64,000 bases of DNA from Candidatus Latescibacterota bacterium (GCA_965215195.1 CBDCDC010000001.1:672001-736000); one strand, 5' to 3'. Shown: positions 32,294 through 42,898, counted from the first letter of the stretch. A program made the numbers and translations. The notes: generated from the sequence alone by a model not told the origin.

Positions 32294-35200
32294 GTGAATA
32301 CGACGATAGACCGACCAAACAGAGACGCCCTCAACAAGGCGCTGGACATCTACCGCGACGTCATGCGCCCGTTTATTGTCCGCTCTCTAAAGAGAGTTCG
32401 GGGCCAGCAGGTCGAAGATGTGATATGCAATGCATTAAATGACCGCCAAGCCGAGCAGTTCAGCCAGAATCTGAGTAAGAACGGGCACGATGCAGAAGCT
32501 TCAATAGATATTGGCGATTTTCCCCACCTCATCAGCAGGAAATGGAGTGGGATATTCCAACAGTCGTTCAGAGACGAGAGAGGGGTCCAAAGTGCATTAT
32601 GGCTGATAAAGGAAGCACGAGATAAAGCGGCTCATCCTAGCCCACAGGACATAGACCTTGAGTTCGCCAGAACGCATCTGTTTCACATTGCCGACGTACT
32701 CGGCAAAATCAATGCGCCGAAGCAGAAGCAGGCCGTAGAAACGATCAGGAACCAACTCGGCCAAAGCAATCCCGCCGCATCGGCCAAGAGCCGACCCGCA
32801 ACGCCACCATCCCGTCTAACCAGCGATCTCGCTCCTTGGCGGACGGTCATCCGTCCCAACCCCGATGTGGCCCGAGGCACCTTCCAAGAGGCCGAGTTTG
32901 CCGCCGATCTCCAACAAGTTCACGACGGACGCGCCGATGCAACTCAGTACGGCAATCCGGTCAGTTTCTTCAATCATACTTATATCACCCCGGGCATATA
33001 CACCCTGCTAGTGAACACCTTGAAGCGGCTTAGTGGCAACGGGGGCGATCCGGTTATCCAGACCAAAACGGGCTTTGGCGGCGGCAAGACTCACAGCCTC
33101 ATCGCGCTCTATCACCTAGTGAATAGCACCGACGCCTTGACCAATCCGAGCGGCAATGGCCAATCTGAGCAGACCTACAACGAGATACGCGGCATTATAA
33201 AAGAGGCCGGGCTGGATCCAAGTATTGGCGTTCAGGCCCGCATCGCCGTGCTTGACGGCACCTATCTTTCGCCCACCGATGCGGCCAAAACCCCAAACGG
33301 CGATCCGCTTAACACCCTGTGGGGCGTGATGGCTTACCAACTCGGCGGACAGGACGCCTACGACCTAGTCGGCCAAGCAGCGCGACAGGGAACCGCGCCG
33401 GGCGGCGCTCAACTCGACCAGCTATTCGCACACCTCGGGCCGTGCGTCATCCTCATTGACGAGCTTGTGGCGTATGTGCGCAATGCCGGAAACGCGCAGG
33501 ACAACATCTTAACCTTCGTTCAGGCCCTCACCCAAGCAGTTCGTAGGAACAGCAACGCGGCCCTTGTAGTAACCCTGCCCGAAAGCAGCGTCGAGGCGGG
33601 AAGCGAGGCCGGCATGGAGGCCCTCAACCGGCTTGAGCACCTCTTAGGGCGCATTGAGGCTGTGTGGGAACCCCTTGAGACCAACGAAGCGTTTGAAGTG
33701 GTGCGCCGCAGATTGTTCGGCAATGACATAGACGAGGCCGCAAGGGATCGCACCTGCGGAGCCTTCGCAGCTATGTATAGTAGAACGAGGAATGAGTACC
33801 CCCGCGATGCCGGTGAGCAGCACTATCTTGAGCGGCTGCGAGCCTGCTACCCCATCCACCCGGAGATTTTCGACCGCCTCTATTTGGATTGGTCTTCTAT
33901 TACCCAGTTCCAGCGTACGCGCGGCGTCCTGCGGATGATGGCCAATTGCGTCAGCCGTCTGTATTTAGACAACGATGCTTCCCCGCTAATCATGCCGGCC
34001 AATCTGACCTTGAGCGATACGGCATTGGCCAACGAATTTGTCAGGCTGCTTGGTAGCCAATGGGGACCCGTTCTGTCAGAGGTAGATAGCAACAACTCCA
34101 GGACCGACAACATTGACCGGGCATCCCAGCGATTCGGCGAGGTCGGCGGTGCCGCTCGGCGCATAGCCCGCACAATTTTCCTCGGCAGTTCCGGTAGCGG
34201 TGCCGTCAAAGGCATTGATGCCCGTCAGATTCGCCTCGGCGTGGTCCAGCCTAAACACGGCGTCTCAGTGTACAACGATGCCCTCAGCCGAATTAGCGGT
34301 GATCTCTACTACCTTTATAGTAGTGAGGGACGGTACTACTTCCACGCCGAGGAAAACCTCAACAAGATCGCCACGGATCGCGCCGCGGCCTTGGGCAGAA
34401 GAGACATTAACGACCACATCGTCGCGCAGTTGCAAGAGGCGGTTGGACGACGACCAGACGTTATCGTATGCCCAGCTAACTCTGGGGCTGTGTCCGACGC
34501 GGATGCGGTGCGCCTCGTGCTTTTGCACCCTGATATGTCACTGCCGAGCCGAGCCAGTGAGAAAGACGACGCCGAACCAGAAGTGCAGCGGATACTACAG
34601 TACTGCGGCGATAATCCCCGAGTCCGCAGGAATACCCTGCTCTTTCTAGCGGCGAGAAAAGACGAGGCCCGCGATCTAAACAACAGGGTTAAGACGTTTC
34701 TCGCTTGGCATTCCATCGTCAACGGCGAGCACCAAATCAAAAACCTCTCAGGGGACCGTCTCAAACAGGCTCAGAGCAATCTCCGGGCAGCAGAAACAGA
34801 GGTGCGAACTGCCTTAGTCAGAGCCTATCGCTGGGCCATCGCCCCGGTCCAAGACGACCCGCAGAAGGCTGAATACCGCTTGGCCGTCTCGCAAACTGAC
34901 GCCACAGATGGCGAGATCGTTAACAATGCCTTCGACAAGTTCATCGGAGACGAGGCCCTCGTAGAGCACATAAGCCCTTCGGCACTAGCTACCATGTTGA
35001 AGCAGTACGTATGGGATAATCCAAACCACCAAGACCACATTGGCATAGATGTCTTGTGGGATATGATGACCAGCTATATGTACATGCACCGTCTCCGCAG
35101 TAGAGCTGTCCTGCAACATTGTATCGAACAAGGTGTGCCCGACGGGGCTTTCGGCTATGCCGAGTCCTATGATGAGGATCAGTACGAGGGGATGCGCTTC

Positions 35201-35611
35201 CGCGAGCCGATCCGTGGCTCGGCGTCCAATGCGAGTGATCGCAGTGCAACGCTGTTGGTCAATCCCGAGATGGCGGTGCTTGTAATGGAGGAAGGGGGAC
35301 CACAAGAGAAGCAGCCGGCCCAAGAGCTACCTCCCAGTCCTACTGACGGCACTCAGTCGCTCCAGCCTGCACCGCCTTCAACGCCGCATGGTCCCAAGCG
35401 CATCGTCGCCAGCAAGACGGCTGAGAACGACGTATCTCTGGACGACTTCAACCAGTTGCGCGAGGAGATCATCCGCACTCTACGCGACGGCGGCGGCACA
35501 GTCACCGTTACCATTACCATCGCGGCGCACAAGGCCGACGGCTTCGCCGAGAGCACGACCCGCGCCGTACGTGAGAACAGCGTCCAACTTGGCATTGACC
35601 TGAAATGTTAG
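32294..35611 (+). CDS. DUF499 AAA+ ATPase (BrxC/PglY-like) with N-terminal Swt1-like HEPN domain
   Basis: GTG 32294 after AAGGA; RDKAAH (Rx4H); EAEFAADL; Walker A TGFGGGKTH; Walker B ILIDE; YPIHPE; FQRTRGVLR. Confidence 0.88.
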   Translation: MNTTIDRPNRDALNKALDIYRDVMRPFIVRSLKRVRGQQVEDVICNALNDRQAEQFSQNLSKNGHDAEASIDIGDFPHLISRKWSGIFQQSFRDERGVQSALWLIKEARDKAAHPSPQDIDLEFARTHLFHIADVLGKINAPKQKQAVETIRNQLGQSNPAASAKSRPATPPSRLTSDLAPWRTVIRPNPDVARGTFQEAEFAADLQQVHDGRADATQYGNPVSFFNHTYITPGIYTLLVNTLKRLSGNGGDPVIQTKTGFGGGKTHSLIALYHLVNSTDALTNPSGNGQSEQTYNEIRGIIKEAGLDPSIGVQARIAVLDGTYLSPTDAAKTPNGDPLNTLWGVMAYQLGGQDAYDLVGQAARQGTAPGGAQLDQLFAHLGPCVILIDELVAYVRNAGNAQDNILTFVQALTQAVRRNSNAALVVTLPESSVEAGSEAGMEALNRLEHLLGRIEAVWEPLETNEAFEVVRRRLFGNDIDEAARDRTCGAFAAMYSRTRNEYPRDAGEQHYLERLRACYPIHPEIFDRLYLDWSSITQFQRTRGVLRMMANCVSRLYLDNDASPLIMPANLTLSDTALANEFVRLLGSQWGPVLSEVDSNNSRTDNIDRASQRFGEVGGAARRIARTIFLGSSGSGAVKGIDARQIRLGVVQPKHGVSVYNDALSRISGDLYYLYSSEGRYYFHAEENLNKIATDRAAALGRRDINDHIVAQLQEAVGRRPDVIVCPANSGAVSDADAVRLVLLHPDMSLPSRASEKDDAEPEVQRILQYCGDNPRVRRNTLLFLAARKDEARDLNNRVKTFLAWHSIVNGEHQIKNLSGDRLKQAQSNLRAAETEVRTALVRAYRWAIAPVQDDPQKAEYRLAVSQTDATDGEIVNNAFDKFIGDEALVEHISPSALATMLKQYVWDNPNHQDHIGIDVLWDMMTSYMYMHRLRSRAVLQHCIEQGVPDGAFGYAESYDEDQYEGMRFREPIRGSASNASDRSATLLVNPEMAVLVMEEGGPQEKQPAQELPPSPTDGTQSLQPAPPSTPHGPKRIVASKTAENDVSLDDFNQLREEIIRTLRDGGGTVTVTITIAAHKADGFAESTTRAVRENSVQLGIDLKC

Positions 35612-35728
35612 AAGCCGTAACCCACATCGAGTCGTGTTGAGCATCGGTCTAAAGGCTTTGAAATGGAGCATTTTTCGAGAGCGAGATGCCCTTGCTCCCT
35701 AATTACTCCGCAAAATGGGACTGATCCT

Positions 35729-36652
35729 ATGAAATACTATTTAACTCGTGCGACGCTCGGAGCGACCGATCTTGAAATCGATGAGAACGAATACGAGGAC
35801 TACAAGGAGTCAAGTAAGGTGCTATCAAGCTGCCTGTCCCTTGAGGAGAGCTATGAAATTCTGATCTCAAACTATATCGATCTGGAAAATGAGCAGCTAG
35901 CGTGGGCAACGCTTAGCATGGTAAGGAACGTTTCGGAGGATGATTTTTTTAACGTAACACTCTCGTTAGATCGGCGAATGGTGAATTTTTTGACAACAGC
36001 CCGTCTGCATATTGAACATCTTCAGAAGAGGGGAGGCGACTGCATGAGAGGCCAGTCCATTGAAAAAATGAAGGCCGTCATTAAGTCGTTCTGCGATGCT
36101 GAAAAAGCCGATAAACCGGAGTATAAGTTCATGTGGGATCTCCGAAATGAAGTACTGCACTCGAGCTTAGCAACTCACTGGTTTAGCTTCTCTACAAGTC
36201 GGACGAACTCGTTTGATGATCCAATCCCAAAGTTCGAGTTCTCGTTAAAATTCGGATCGTTAAAATCGTCGTTATCCACTGGTTTTAAGCCGGAGGAACT
36301 CGATACCATGTCAAGCGAAGACCGAGTCGAGTTGATGTCGATTGCTAGGGTCTATATGGAATCCCTCAGCACTGTTCAAGTAAAGTTTAGGAAGTACGTA
36401 GCAGAGTCGGTTAATCAAGCGCGTAGCAGAATGGAAGAGGCTTTTTGTCGGTACAGAGAAGTATGTGAGGATAGCCTAACCTACCTAGAGCTTTGGAAAG
36501 TTGACGACTCGGATAAGACTATCGAGGAGCCAGCCTTCTCTTTATTCTATGACGACCAGCGCATTCAGTTACAAGATAAGAACCGTGAGCTCGTCAACTT
36601 GCGTAACAGCCATGTAACTGGAAAAATAGGCCGGGTGCCCAAGGGACCATGA
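35729..36652 (+). CDS. Hypothetical protein, putative HEPN RNase
   Basis: Helical, with LRNEVLH (RNxxxH); lower GC than the backbone. Confidence 0.6.
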   Translation: MKYYLTRATLGATDLEIDENEYEDYKESSKVLSSCLSLEESYEILISNYIDLENEQLAWATLSMVRNVSEDDFFNVTLSLDRRMVNFLTTARLHIEHLQKRGGDCMRGQSIEKMKAVIKSFCDAEKADKPEYKFMWDLRNEVLHSSLATHWFSFSTSRTNSFDDPIPKFEFSLKFGSLKSSLSTGFKPEELDTMSSEDRVELMSIARVYMESLSTVQVKFRKYVAESVNQARSRMEEAFCRYREVCEDSLTYLELWKVDDSDKTIEEPAFSLFYDDQRIQLQDKNRELVNLRNSHVTGKIGRVPKGP

Positions 36653-36894
36653 CCAAATACAGAATAAAGCCTCAAGGTTCTAACCGGACGCAAGAACATG
36701 ACGCTATGTTAAAGGAGGCATTATCCCGTCTAGGTGTCCGTGAAGTTATGCGGGTTTACCAAAACCACCAAGAGATGGATAAGAGGCTTGGTCCTTACTG
36801 CCTGGCAACCAAATATCCGGGAAGTGTGATAACGACTGACCATACTAATCCCAGTAAACCTGTACAAAAAGCGTCTAGTTCGACCCGCAAATGA
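36649..36894 (+). CDS. Hypothetical protein, 81 aa
   Basis: ATGA overlap with the upstream gene. Confidence 0.55.
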   Translation: MTKYRIKPQGSNRTQEHDAMLKEALSRLGVREVMRVYQNHQEMDKRLGPYCLATKYPGSVITTDHTNPSKPVQKASSSTRK

Positions 36895-36906
36895 AAGGAA
36901 CACGCC

Positions 36907-37428
36907 ATGACAACCGCTGAACAAGCCCACGCTCCACTTTGGCAGGACCGGATCGTCAAAAACCCGCTGATACTCGGTGGCAAGCCCATTGTGAAGGGAA
37001 CCCGGCTCTCCGTTGAATTCATAACCAGCGAACTCGAACGGGGCCGCACCGAAGCTGACATCCTCAGCGACTACTCGTCGCATCTCACCTCGGAAGATAT
37101 CGAGGCATGTCGCGAGTACAAAGCTACCGGTGCCAAGCTGTCCTATACCACTTGGGCCATGCAGGATGCCTTGATGGACGGCAACATCACCGCAGAGGAA
37201 TTTGAGGCCCTGAAGAAAGAACAGATCACTTGGGAGGAACTGCACACTCTGAAGGGTGGCGGCGTCACTTGGGCACAACTCAACGCGCTAAGAGCCGGCA
37301 AGATCACTTGGGCGCAATTGGACGACCTGAGAGCTGGCAAGATCACTTGGGAGGAACTCGACGCCGCAATGGGCGGCAGATACAAGATGATCTGGCAAAA
37401 ACTGATCGAGCCAACTTACAATGCGTAA
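36907..37428 (+). CDS. DUF433 antitoxin-like protein with C-terminal 13-aa tandem repeats
   Basis: RIVKNPLILGGKPIVKGTRLSVEFI...LTSEDIEAC; repeats GKITWAQLDDLRA. Confidence 0.85.
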   Translation: MTTAEQAHAPLWQDRIVKNPLILGGKPIVKGTRLSVEFITSELERGRTEADILSDYSSHLTSEDIEACREYKATGAKLSYTTWAMQDALMDGNITAEEFEALKKEQITWEELHTLKGGGVTWAQLNALRAGKITWAQLDDLRAGKITWEELDAAMGGRYKMIWQKLIEPTYNA

Positions 37429-37453
37429 AAAGCATATAATAAGGAGCGTATTA

Positions 37454-37717
37454 ATGGCAAAGACAATGGTCGAAATTCCCGATCACAAAATGGCAGAGTT
37501 GGAAGCCTACAAAGACCGCTTGGGCGACCTGTTGCTGCTAGGATTGTCTCAGATCAAAATTCAGGAAGCCCTGTTGCTCTATAAGCGAGGGGTTATATCA
37601 ATTGGCCGGGCAGCAGAACTCGCCGGCTCGACAGAGCAGGAAGTGGTGAATCAAGCTCGGGCCTTGGGGATTCAACCACGCTGGAGTGAGACCCAAGTTC
37701 AAGAAGAACTGGCGTGA
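37454..37717 (+). CDS. UPF0175-family antitoxin-like protein
   Basis: ALLLYKRGVISIGRAAELAG; AAGGAG RBS. Confidence 0.78.
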   Translation: MAKTMVEIPDHKMAELEAYKDRLGDLLLLGLSQIKIQEALLLYKRGVISIGRAAELAGSTEQEVVNQARALGIQPRWSETQVQEELA

Positions 37718-37738
37718 TCGAAACAGAACAGTAGGAAC

Positions 37739-40564
37739 ATGACCACCCAAACCCCATACCGCCGCAAACTCATCGAGGTTGACTTGCCCCTCGACGACAT
37801 CAATCGCGACTCCGCCCGCGAAAAGTCCATTCGGCACGGCCATCCTTCGACCCTGCATCTGTGGTGGGCGCGTCGTCCGCTGGCGGCTTGTCGCGCCGTC
37901 ATTTTCGCCAGCATGGTAGATGATCCGGCCGACTGTCCCGACGAGTTCCCTACTGACGCGGACCGACGCGAAGAGCGCGAGCGGCTCCACAACATCATTC
38001 GGCAGCTTGTCAAATGGGAGAACACCGACGAAAGTAAAACCGCAGGCAGGGAACTCTTGGCGGCAGCGCGGTGCGAAATTGCTCGCTCCGTGGCGCGTAC
38101 ACGCGGCGAAACCGCGCCCACTGATCCGGCGGAAGTGCTGCGCTATCTCAACGACAATGTCCGGCCGATTTACGACCCCTTCGCCGGCGGCGGCTCCATA
38201 CCGCTCGAAGCGCAACGGCTCGGGCTGCGGGCAGTCGCCTCCGATCTCAACCCGGTGGCCGTGCTCATCAACAAGGCATTGATCGAACTCCCGCCCAAAT
38301 TCAAAAGCCGACCGCCTGTTAACCCCGACGCCGACCACATGGCAATGACCGTCGGCAAGGGCAAAAAGGCACAGCGGCTCCCTTGGCGCGGTGCGGCGGG
38401 GCTGGCTGACGACATCCGTTACTACGGCCGCTGGATGCGCGAGGAGGCGTTTAAGCGGATCGGCCATCTCTATCCGCAGGCGAAACTGCCCGATGGTAGC
38501 GACGCTACCGTAATCGCGTGGCTGTGGGCGCGAACCGTCCCCTGCCCCAACCCGGCCTGTGGCATCGCGATGCCACTAATGGCCACGTTCCAATTGTCGA
38601 AGAAGAACAACAACGAACATTGGACGCGGCCAGTTGTTGATCGCGAGAAAAATCGCATCGCCTTTGTGGTACAAAACCACAACGTCGGTGTTCCCAAAAG
38701 CGGCACAGTGAATAGAAACGGCGCGACCTGTCTTAGCTGTGGCGGTGTGGTGAAACTGCCTTACGTGCGCGAGCAGGCGCGGGCGGGCAACATGGGCGAG
38801 GCTATGACGGCGATTGTCGCCGAGGGGGACCGCAAGCGGCTGTTTCTGTCGCCTACTGAAGAACACATCAAAGCCGCGCAGGAAGCTACCCCCGCTTGGC
38901 GACCCAGCGGCAGCCTGCCTGAACAAGCAAGAAGCATCAGTGTCCAGATTTACGGGTTCACAGAGTGGTACAAACTTTTCACGGAACGTCAGCTAGCCGC
39001 GCTGACCACGTTTAGCGACCTGATGCCAGAGGTTCGTAATCAAATCAAACAGGGTGAGGTGGAAGAGGAATACGCCGATGCGGTTTGTACATATCTTTCG
39101 TTGATGACTGGCAAAATTGCTGACAACGGTTGCAGCTTTGCATCTTGGCATAATGGTAGAGACACTATCCGTAGCGTTTTCGCACGTCAAGGGATTGGGA
39201 TGGTTTGGGATTTCGCTGAATCGAATCTCTTTTCCGACTCAACAGGCAATTGGCTGTCTCACATTGAGTGGATTGCCAGAGCGGTCAATCATCTGCCCGC
39301 CGATGTGAATGATGGAGAAGTGCACCAAGCGGACGCCTCCACGACGATCCACGCTGATAACGGTCCCGTCATCGTCACCGATCCGCCCTACTACGATAAC
39401 ATACACTATGCTGATTCATCAGACTTTTTCTATGTCTGGTTGCGTCCTCTGCTCCGCGACGCCTACCCCGACCTATTTGCTGGCATACTGACCCCCAAAA
39501 CCGAAGAAATGGTTGCCAACCGATTTCGCTTTGAAAATTACAGTCAACAATTTGAGGACCAGCTAAGTAAGACGCTGCGGTTGATACGGGAACGCTGCTC
39601 GGCTGAGTTCCCGTCGTCCATCTTCTATGCCTACAAGCAGCAGGAGGAAGAGCGTGCAGGTAGAGCCTCCACCGGCTGGGAAACCATGCTGAGCGCGATC
39701 GTTTCAGCGGGCTTTGAGATCGTCGGCACTTGGCCCATGCGAACTGAGATGAGGAATCGATCAAATGCGATGAGTACAAATGCCCTCGCCTCGTCTGTCG
39801 TCCTCGTCTGCCGTCCGCGCCCCAAGGATGCACCCGTTGCCACGCGCCGCCAGTTCTTTGATGCGCTGGAGAGAGAGCTGCCCGAAGCCCTCGACCAACT
39901 CACCCGCGCAGGCCACATTGCGCCGACCGATCTGGCGCAAGCCGCCATCGGCCCCGGAATGCAGATTTACTCGCGCTACAGCCGCGTGGAGACCATAAGT
40001 GGCGAGCCGGTCCCGGTGCGCGAGGCCCTAGCGGCCATTAACCGAGCCATCGCCGATTACGACGAGCGACAGGAAGGCGATTTGGATGCAGAGAGCCGCT
40101 TCTGCCTCGACTGGCTAAAACAGCACGGTTATGGAGAAGGCCAGTACGGCGAAGCCGAGACGCTAGCCCGCGCCAAAAACGTAGCCATCGGCAAATTGCA
40201 AAATCTGGACGGCCTACTCACTGCCGAAAGGGGTGTTGTACAGCTTTTGTCAATAGACGAGTACAGCGCCGAGCGCCCGTTGTCCCTCGGCGACATGGCA
40301 GCGTGGGAAGGGTGCTTCCGCATGGCGTACCATTTGAACCGCGAGGAAGGCAGAGGTATTGAAGGTGCGGGTATGGTTGCGCGGGAAATGGATGGCAACG
40401 TCGAATCCGTCGAGCGATTGGCGCGCATTCTCTACAATCACTACGACCGCAAAGGCGACTCACAAAACGCGGTCATCTTCAACAATCTCGTCACCGCGTG
40501 GCAAGACATCCTTTCTGCCCTCTCAAGGATGAAAGAAGATGCACAAGGCCAGCTATTCCAATAA
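37739..40564 (+). CDS. DUF1156 adenine-specific DNA methyltransferase with Zn ribbon
   Basis: HLWWARRPLAACRA, DPFAGGGSIP (motif I), CPNPAC/CLSC, TDPPYYDN (motif IV). Confidence 0.92.
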   Translation: MTTQTPYRRKLIEVDLPLDDINRDSAREKSIRHGHPSTLHLWWARRPLAACRAVIFASMVDDPADCPDEFPTDADRREERERLHNIIRQLVKWENTDESKTAGRELLAAARCEIARSVARTRGETAPTDPAEVLRYLNDNVRPIYDPFAGGGSIPLEAQRLGLRAVASDLNPVAVLINKALIELPPKFKSRPPVNPDADHMAMTVGKGKKAQRLPWRGAAGLADDIRYYGRWMREEAFKRIGHLYPQAKLPDGSDATVIAWLWARTVPCPNPACGIAMPLMATFQLSKKNNNEHWTRPVVDREKNRIAFVVQNHNVGVPKSGTVNRNGATCLSCGGVVKLPYVREQARAGNMGEAMTAIVAEGDRKRLFLSPTEEHIKAAQEATPAWRPSGSLPEQARSISVQIYGFTEWYKLFTERQLAALTTFSDLMPEVRNQIKQGEVEEEYADAVCTYLSLMTGKIADNGCSFASWHNGRDTIRSVFARQGIGMVWDFAESNLFSDSTGNWLSHIEWIARAVNHLPADVNDGEVHQADASTTIHADNGPVIVTDPPYYDNIHYADSSDFFYVWLRPLLRDAYPDLFAGILTPKTEEMVANRFRFENYSQQFEDQLSKTLRLIRERCSAEFPSSIFYAYKQQEEERAGRASTGWETMLSAIVSAGFEIVGTWPMRTEMRNRSNAMSTNALASSVVLVCRPRPKDAPVATRRQFFDALERELPEALDQLTRAGHIAPTDLAQAAIGPGMQIYSRYSRVETISGEPVPVREALAAINRAIADYDERQEGDLDAESRFCLDWLKQHGYGEGQYGEAETLARAKNVAIGKLQNLDGLLTAERGVVQLLSIDEYSAERPLSLGDMAAWEGCFRMAYHLNREEGRGIEGAGMVAREMDGNVESVERLARILYNHYDRKGDSQNAVIFNNLVTAWQDILSALSRMKEDAQGQLFQ

Positions 40565-40895
40565 TTTGTTCGCCAAGAAGTACCAATTAGAAAACAACCT
40601 ATGCCCATTCAACCGGGAGGAGGTACAAAAGCTACCAAAGGACCGTTGCGGCCTATATGCCCTGTGGCTGCCCGATGAACGGCTCTACATCGGCATGTCC
40701 ACAACCTGCGTCCGCCGACGCCTGCTGGAGCACTTGAGGAACGAAGTTAATCCCGAACTTCGACGCCAACTCCGCATGTTCCCCGACCTAGTAGAGTTCT
40801 CGGTAACATTCACCGAAGTCGAAGAAGAAACCCGCGAGTTGGAGGCCGCCATCATCCGCGCTTGGCAACCCGAAACCAACCGAAATCTGCTGTAG
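40539..40895 (+). CDS. GIY-YIG nuclease-like protein
   Basis: GLYALW...LYIGMS...VRRRLLEH...ELE...PETN; start uncertain. Confidence 0.75.
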   Translation: MHKASYSNNLFAKKYQLENNLCPFNREEVQKLPKDRCGLYALWLPDERLYIGMSTTCVRRRLLEHLRNEVNPELRRQLRMFPDLVEFSVTFTEVEEETRELEAAIIRAWQPETNRNLL

Positions 40896-40898
40896 TGG

Positions 40899-42428
40899 AT
40901 GACATCACATTTGCAGAACTCAGCCATGACTACGACATCCAGCGCAAAGCCCCTTGAGCTAACGGTTTCCAATTTCGGCCCAATCGCCGAGGCGAGCATT
41001 GAGTTGCGTCCAATGTCCGTGTTTGTGGGACCGAGCAATACCGGCAAGTCCTATATGGCGGCCTTGGTTTACGCGCTGCATAGATCTTTCAACGGGTACT
41101 CTGTAAATGCCAATTATAATAGCGCACACGATGCACGATCTTTGGTAGAAAAATTTGGTATGACTCGGATGCAGGAAATGCTTTTGGAATTGGAAACAGT
41201 GCCTTCGCTTGAGTTACAGGAACCTGTTGCAGCGTTAGTTCGCCAATCTCTTAACGATGTCGCACAATTGGGCAAAATTTTAGATAGCGAAATTACAAGA
41301 TGTTTTGGGACAGATAAGGCCAGAAACCTGATTCGCTATTCAAGTGGTGGCAGAACCGATTTTTCCTTGCGTGGTAATATCTCAACGGAAAATGAACGTA
41401 ATGATCCTTTTGAGTACAATGCTACGGTGAATCGAAAAATAAAAATAAATGCTTCGATTCCTAGTACTATGCCTGTGCGGATTGAGGCGAAGAATCTCCC
41501 ATTCCCTGTCGCAAGCTGGATATTCTCGCCCGAGGGGCAAGCGGAGGACACAACAGAGAAAATAACAGAACGTGTCATGACTGGGTTCGTTAAAACTTTC
41601 GCCAGTGCTTGTATCCCTAGCATCCTCGGCCCATTAGCTCGCCCCGCGCATTACCTTCCCGCTGACCGCGCCGGCATCATGCACGCGCACCAAGTGGCAG
41701 TGCGAGGCTTGATAGCAAGTGCATCGCGCATCGGGCTGCGACGCGACTCGCCGATGCCGATACTCTCTGGAGTTCTCGGCGACTTTATGGAGCAGCTTGT
41801 TGCATTGGCTGGTTCATCGAGAAGGGCACAGGATGAAAATTACGATGCCCTCGCACAGAACTTGGAGCAGACACTACTGCGCGGAGCCGTCCGCGTTGAA
41901 CAGTCGCCAATCAACTATCCTTCGTTTGTCTTTCGGCCTAATGGCTGGAAGCGCGATTTGCCCTTGATGAATGCGTCATCTATGGTCTCAGAATTAGCAC
42001 CTGTCGTACTGTACATGCGTCATGTCGTTCAGCCGGGCGACCTGCTCATTATTGAAGAGCCTGAGTCCCATCTGCACCCGGCCATGCAGGTGGAGTTTAC
42101 CCGTCAACTCGCGGCAGCCGTGCAGTCCGGTATCCGCATCATTATTACCACCCACAGCGAATGGGTACTGGAAGAATTGGCGAATCTGGTTCGCTTAGCG
42201 GAGCTTCCCAAGGAGCGGCGCGGCGGCCTTGATGATGCAGATGTAGTGCTCAGTCCCGACCAAGTAGGTGCGTGGTTTTTCGAGCCGAGTTCGGAAGGCA
42301 GCGGTTCCGTGGTGCGGGAAATTTCGCTCGATGTCGAGTCGGCAACCTTCCCGGCTGGCTTCGGGTTGGTCACCGAATCCCTCTACAACCGCTGGACGGA
42401 AATTTCCGCCCGCATTCAGGAAGGGTAA
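40899..42428 (+). CDS. ABC-type ATPase (AAA_15/AAA_21-like)
   Basis: VSNFGPI, VGPSNTGKSY, ASSMVSELAP, IIEEPESHLHP, ITTHSEW. Confidence 0.9.
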   Translation: MTSHLQNSAMTTTSSAKPLELTVSNFGPIAEASIELRPMSVFVGPSNTGKSYMAALVYALHRSFNGYSVNANYNSAHDARSLVEKFGMTRMQEMLLELETVPSLELQEPVAALVRQSLNDVAQLGKILDSEITRCFGTDKARNLIRYSSGGRTDFSLRGNISTENERNDPFEYNATVNRKIKINASIPSTMPVRIEAKNLPFPVASWIFSPEGQAEDTTEKITERVMTGFVKTFASACIPSILGPLARPAHYLPADRAGIMHAHQVAVRGLIASASRIGLRRDSPMPILSGVLGDFMEQLVALAGSSRRAQDENYDALAQNLEQTLLRGAVRVEQSPINYPSFVFRPNGWKRDLPLMNASSMVSELAPVVLYMRHVVQPGDLLIIEEPESHLHPAMQVEFTRQLAAAVQSGIRIIITTHSEWVLEELANLVRLAELPKERRGGLDDADVVLSPDQVGAWFFEPSSEGSGSVVREISLDVESATFPAGFGLVTESLYNRWTEISARIQEG

Positions 42429-42433
42429 TATCA

Positions 42434-42898
42434 GTGACGATAGTAAGAACTATCCGAGAAAGAACCGATGTGCGATGCCACACAACCGTATGCCGCGACG
42501 GCCGCTGCTCCTTATCGCTAGAGGACGTGCCAGAGCCGTCTATCCTCATCAGCCTGGAACACGAAGCAGCGCCGGTTAAAGCAGACCAGACACATTGTGA
42601 CTATTTGTTCGTTGGCGGCAGGGCACCGTGGGTTGCACCAGTAGAATTGACTGCAAGTGCCGCGCGGGTCAGTAAGTTCCTACCCCAGCTCCGCGCTGGT
42701 GCCGATATTGCGGATAAACTGCTTCCGCAGGATGTCCAAGTCAGGTTTCGCCCTGTCGCAGTGTATGGCGGAGAGCTTCGCCGCATTGAACGCGACGGTT
42801 TTCTAAAATCTGCCAACCGCGTCGTTTTCCGCAGGAAACCGGTGCCGATTAAACTGGTGCGATGCGGCTCGCCATTGACGCAAGCATTGAAGGGCTAA
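42434..42898 (+). CDS. ATPase-associated hypothetical protein, PD-(D/E)xK-like
   Basis: CDYLFV...VELT...QL pattern; GTG 5 nt after the ATPase stop. Confidence 0.6.
   Translation: MTIVRTIRERTDVRCHTTVCRDGRCSLSLEDVPEPSILISLEHEAAPVKADQTHCDYLFVGGRAPWVAPVELTASAARVSKFLPQLRAGADIADKLLPQDVQVRFRPVAVYGGELRRIERDGFLKSANRVVFRRKPVPIKLVRCGSPLTQALKG

Noticed and set aside
37180-37380. 39-bp periodic repeat as a CRISPR array
   Set aside because: In-frame coding repeat, degenerate, no unique spacers and no cas genes.
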